NCBI GenBank assembly: GCA_965112635.1
Contig: OZ218778.1
Location: forward strand, 1,440,001 to 1,504,000
Reading direction: 5' to 3'
Origin: an uncultured bacterium
GTDB taxonomy: Bacteria; Oederibacteriota; Oederibacteriia; Oederibacteriales; Oederibacteriaceae
Length of the DNA: 64,000 bases
Under the pieces are notes generated by a model. The model saw only the letters and a program-made list of their open reading frames with translations. It ran no database searches and had not been told where the DNA came from. A program made the translations under genes and the position numbers. Below are positions 63,538-64,000 of the stretch, piece by piece. The first letter of the stretch is position 1. Every line of letters begins with the position of its first letter.

Positions 63538-64000
63538 ATGCGAATGCACCAATTTCCATCCAGGGCCCAAAAGGTCATCCTTTTAGCCATCCTCTTTTCC
63601 ATTCCCCTGGCGGTCTTAGCCAATGTCCCGAGCGGGCCGATCATCACCCTTGTTGCCGGAACCCCCCAGCAGAACGGATACAGCGGAGACGGCGGCCAGG
63701 CCACTCAGGCTAAGCTCAATTATCTTGGGAATGTGGTCGTGGACAACCAGGGCAATATCTATGTGGCCGACCACAACAATCATATGGTCAGAAAGATCGA
63801 CATCAGCGGTTTCATTTCTCTCTATTCGGACTTAAGGCCGATGAATGGGGGCCCCTGGGGCCTTTATATGGACGGGAATAACGATCTCTATATCACGGAT
63901 AATAACAACAGGCGCCTTTACCGGCAAACGCCGCTTTCAAGCACTCTGACCAGGATCGACCCGATCTCAAGTTATTTGAGCGGACCCTCCGCGGTCACCG
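63538..64000 (+). CDS. Secreted NHL-repeat protein (3'-partial)
   Basis: Own translation: signal peptide then 'VAG...GYSGDGGQATQAKLN...VD.QGNIYVAD..N..VRKID'. Confidence 0.8.
   Translation, partial: MRMHQFPSRAQKVILLAILFSIPLAVLANVPSGPIITLVAGTPQQNGYSGDGGQATQAKLNYLGNVVVDNQGNIYVADHNNHMVRKIDISGFISLYSDLRPMNGGPWGLYMDGNNDLYITDNNNRRLYRQTPLSSTLTRIDPISSYLSGPSAVT

Overview
Bacterial chromosome segment, probably from a diderm, uncultured-type lineage (inferred from the PorV-like barrel and FlgD-Ig-tipped secreted proteins). Housekeeping blocks: tRNA-Ser, NCS2 permease, ppdK, sugar ABC transporter, PBP1A, tyrS, a full rRNA operon (16S-tRNAIle-tRNAAla-23S-5S), yebC-ruvCAB, and a long rpoN-hpf-ptsN-hprK-yvcK-mannose-type PTS-ptsH-ptsI-pgi/pmi cluster. 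The main accessory region (~8.87-16.83 kb) starts exactly where a catalase gene is truncated. It looks like a repeated non-coding scaffold with variable cargo: an NYN RNase with a structured RNA leader, KilA-N, hicBA and vapBC. It also holds an 11-copy TGTCCGYAAA array and an IS110 and an IS1182 inserted a few bases apart in one scaffold motif. Other oddities: two +1 frameshifts (rpoN and a GT39 gene) at an identical 12-mer, three tandem beta-helix paralogs, an AT-rich secreted-protein gene between fragments of a similar gene, and a non-autonomous IS200/IS605-like element. All calls come from reading the sequence and recalling motifs; no searches were run.
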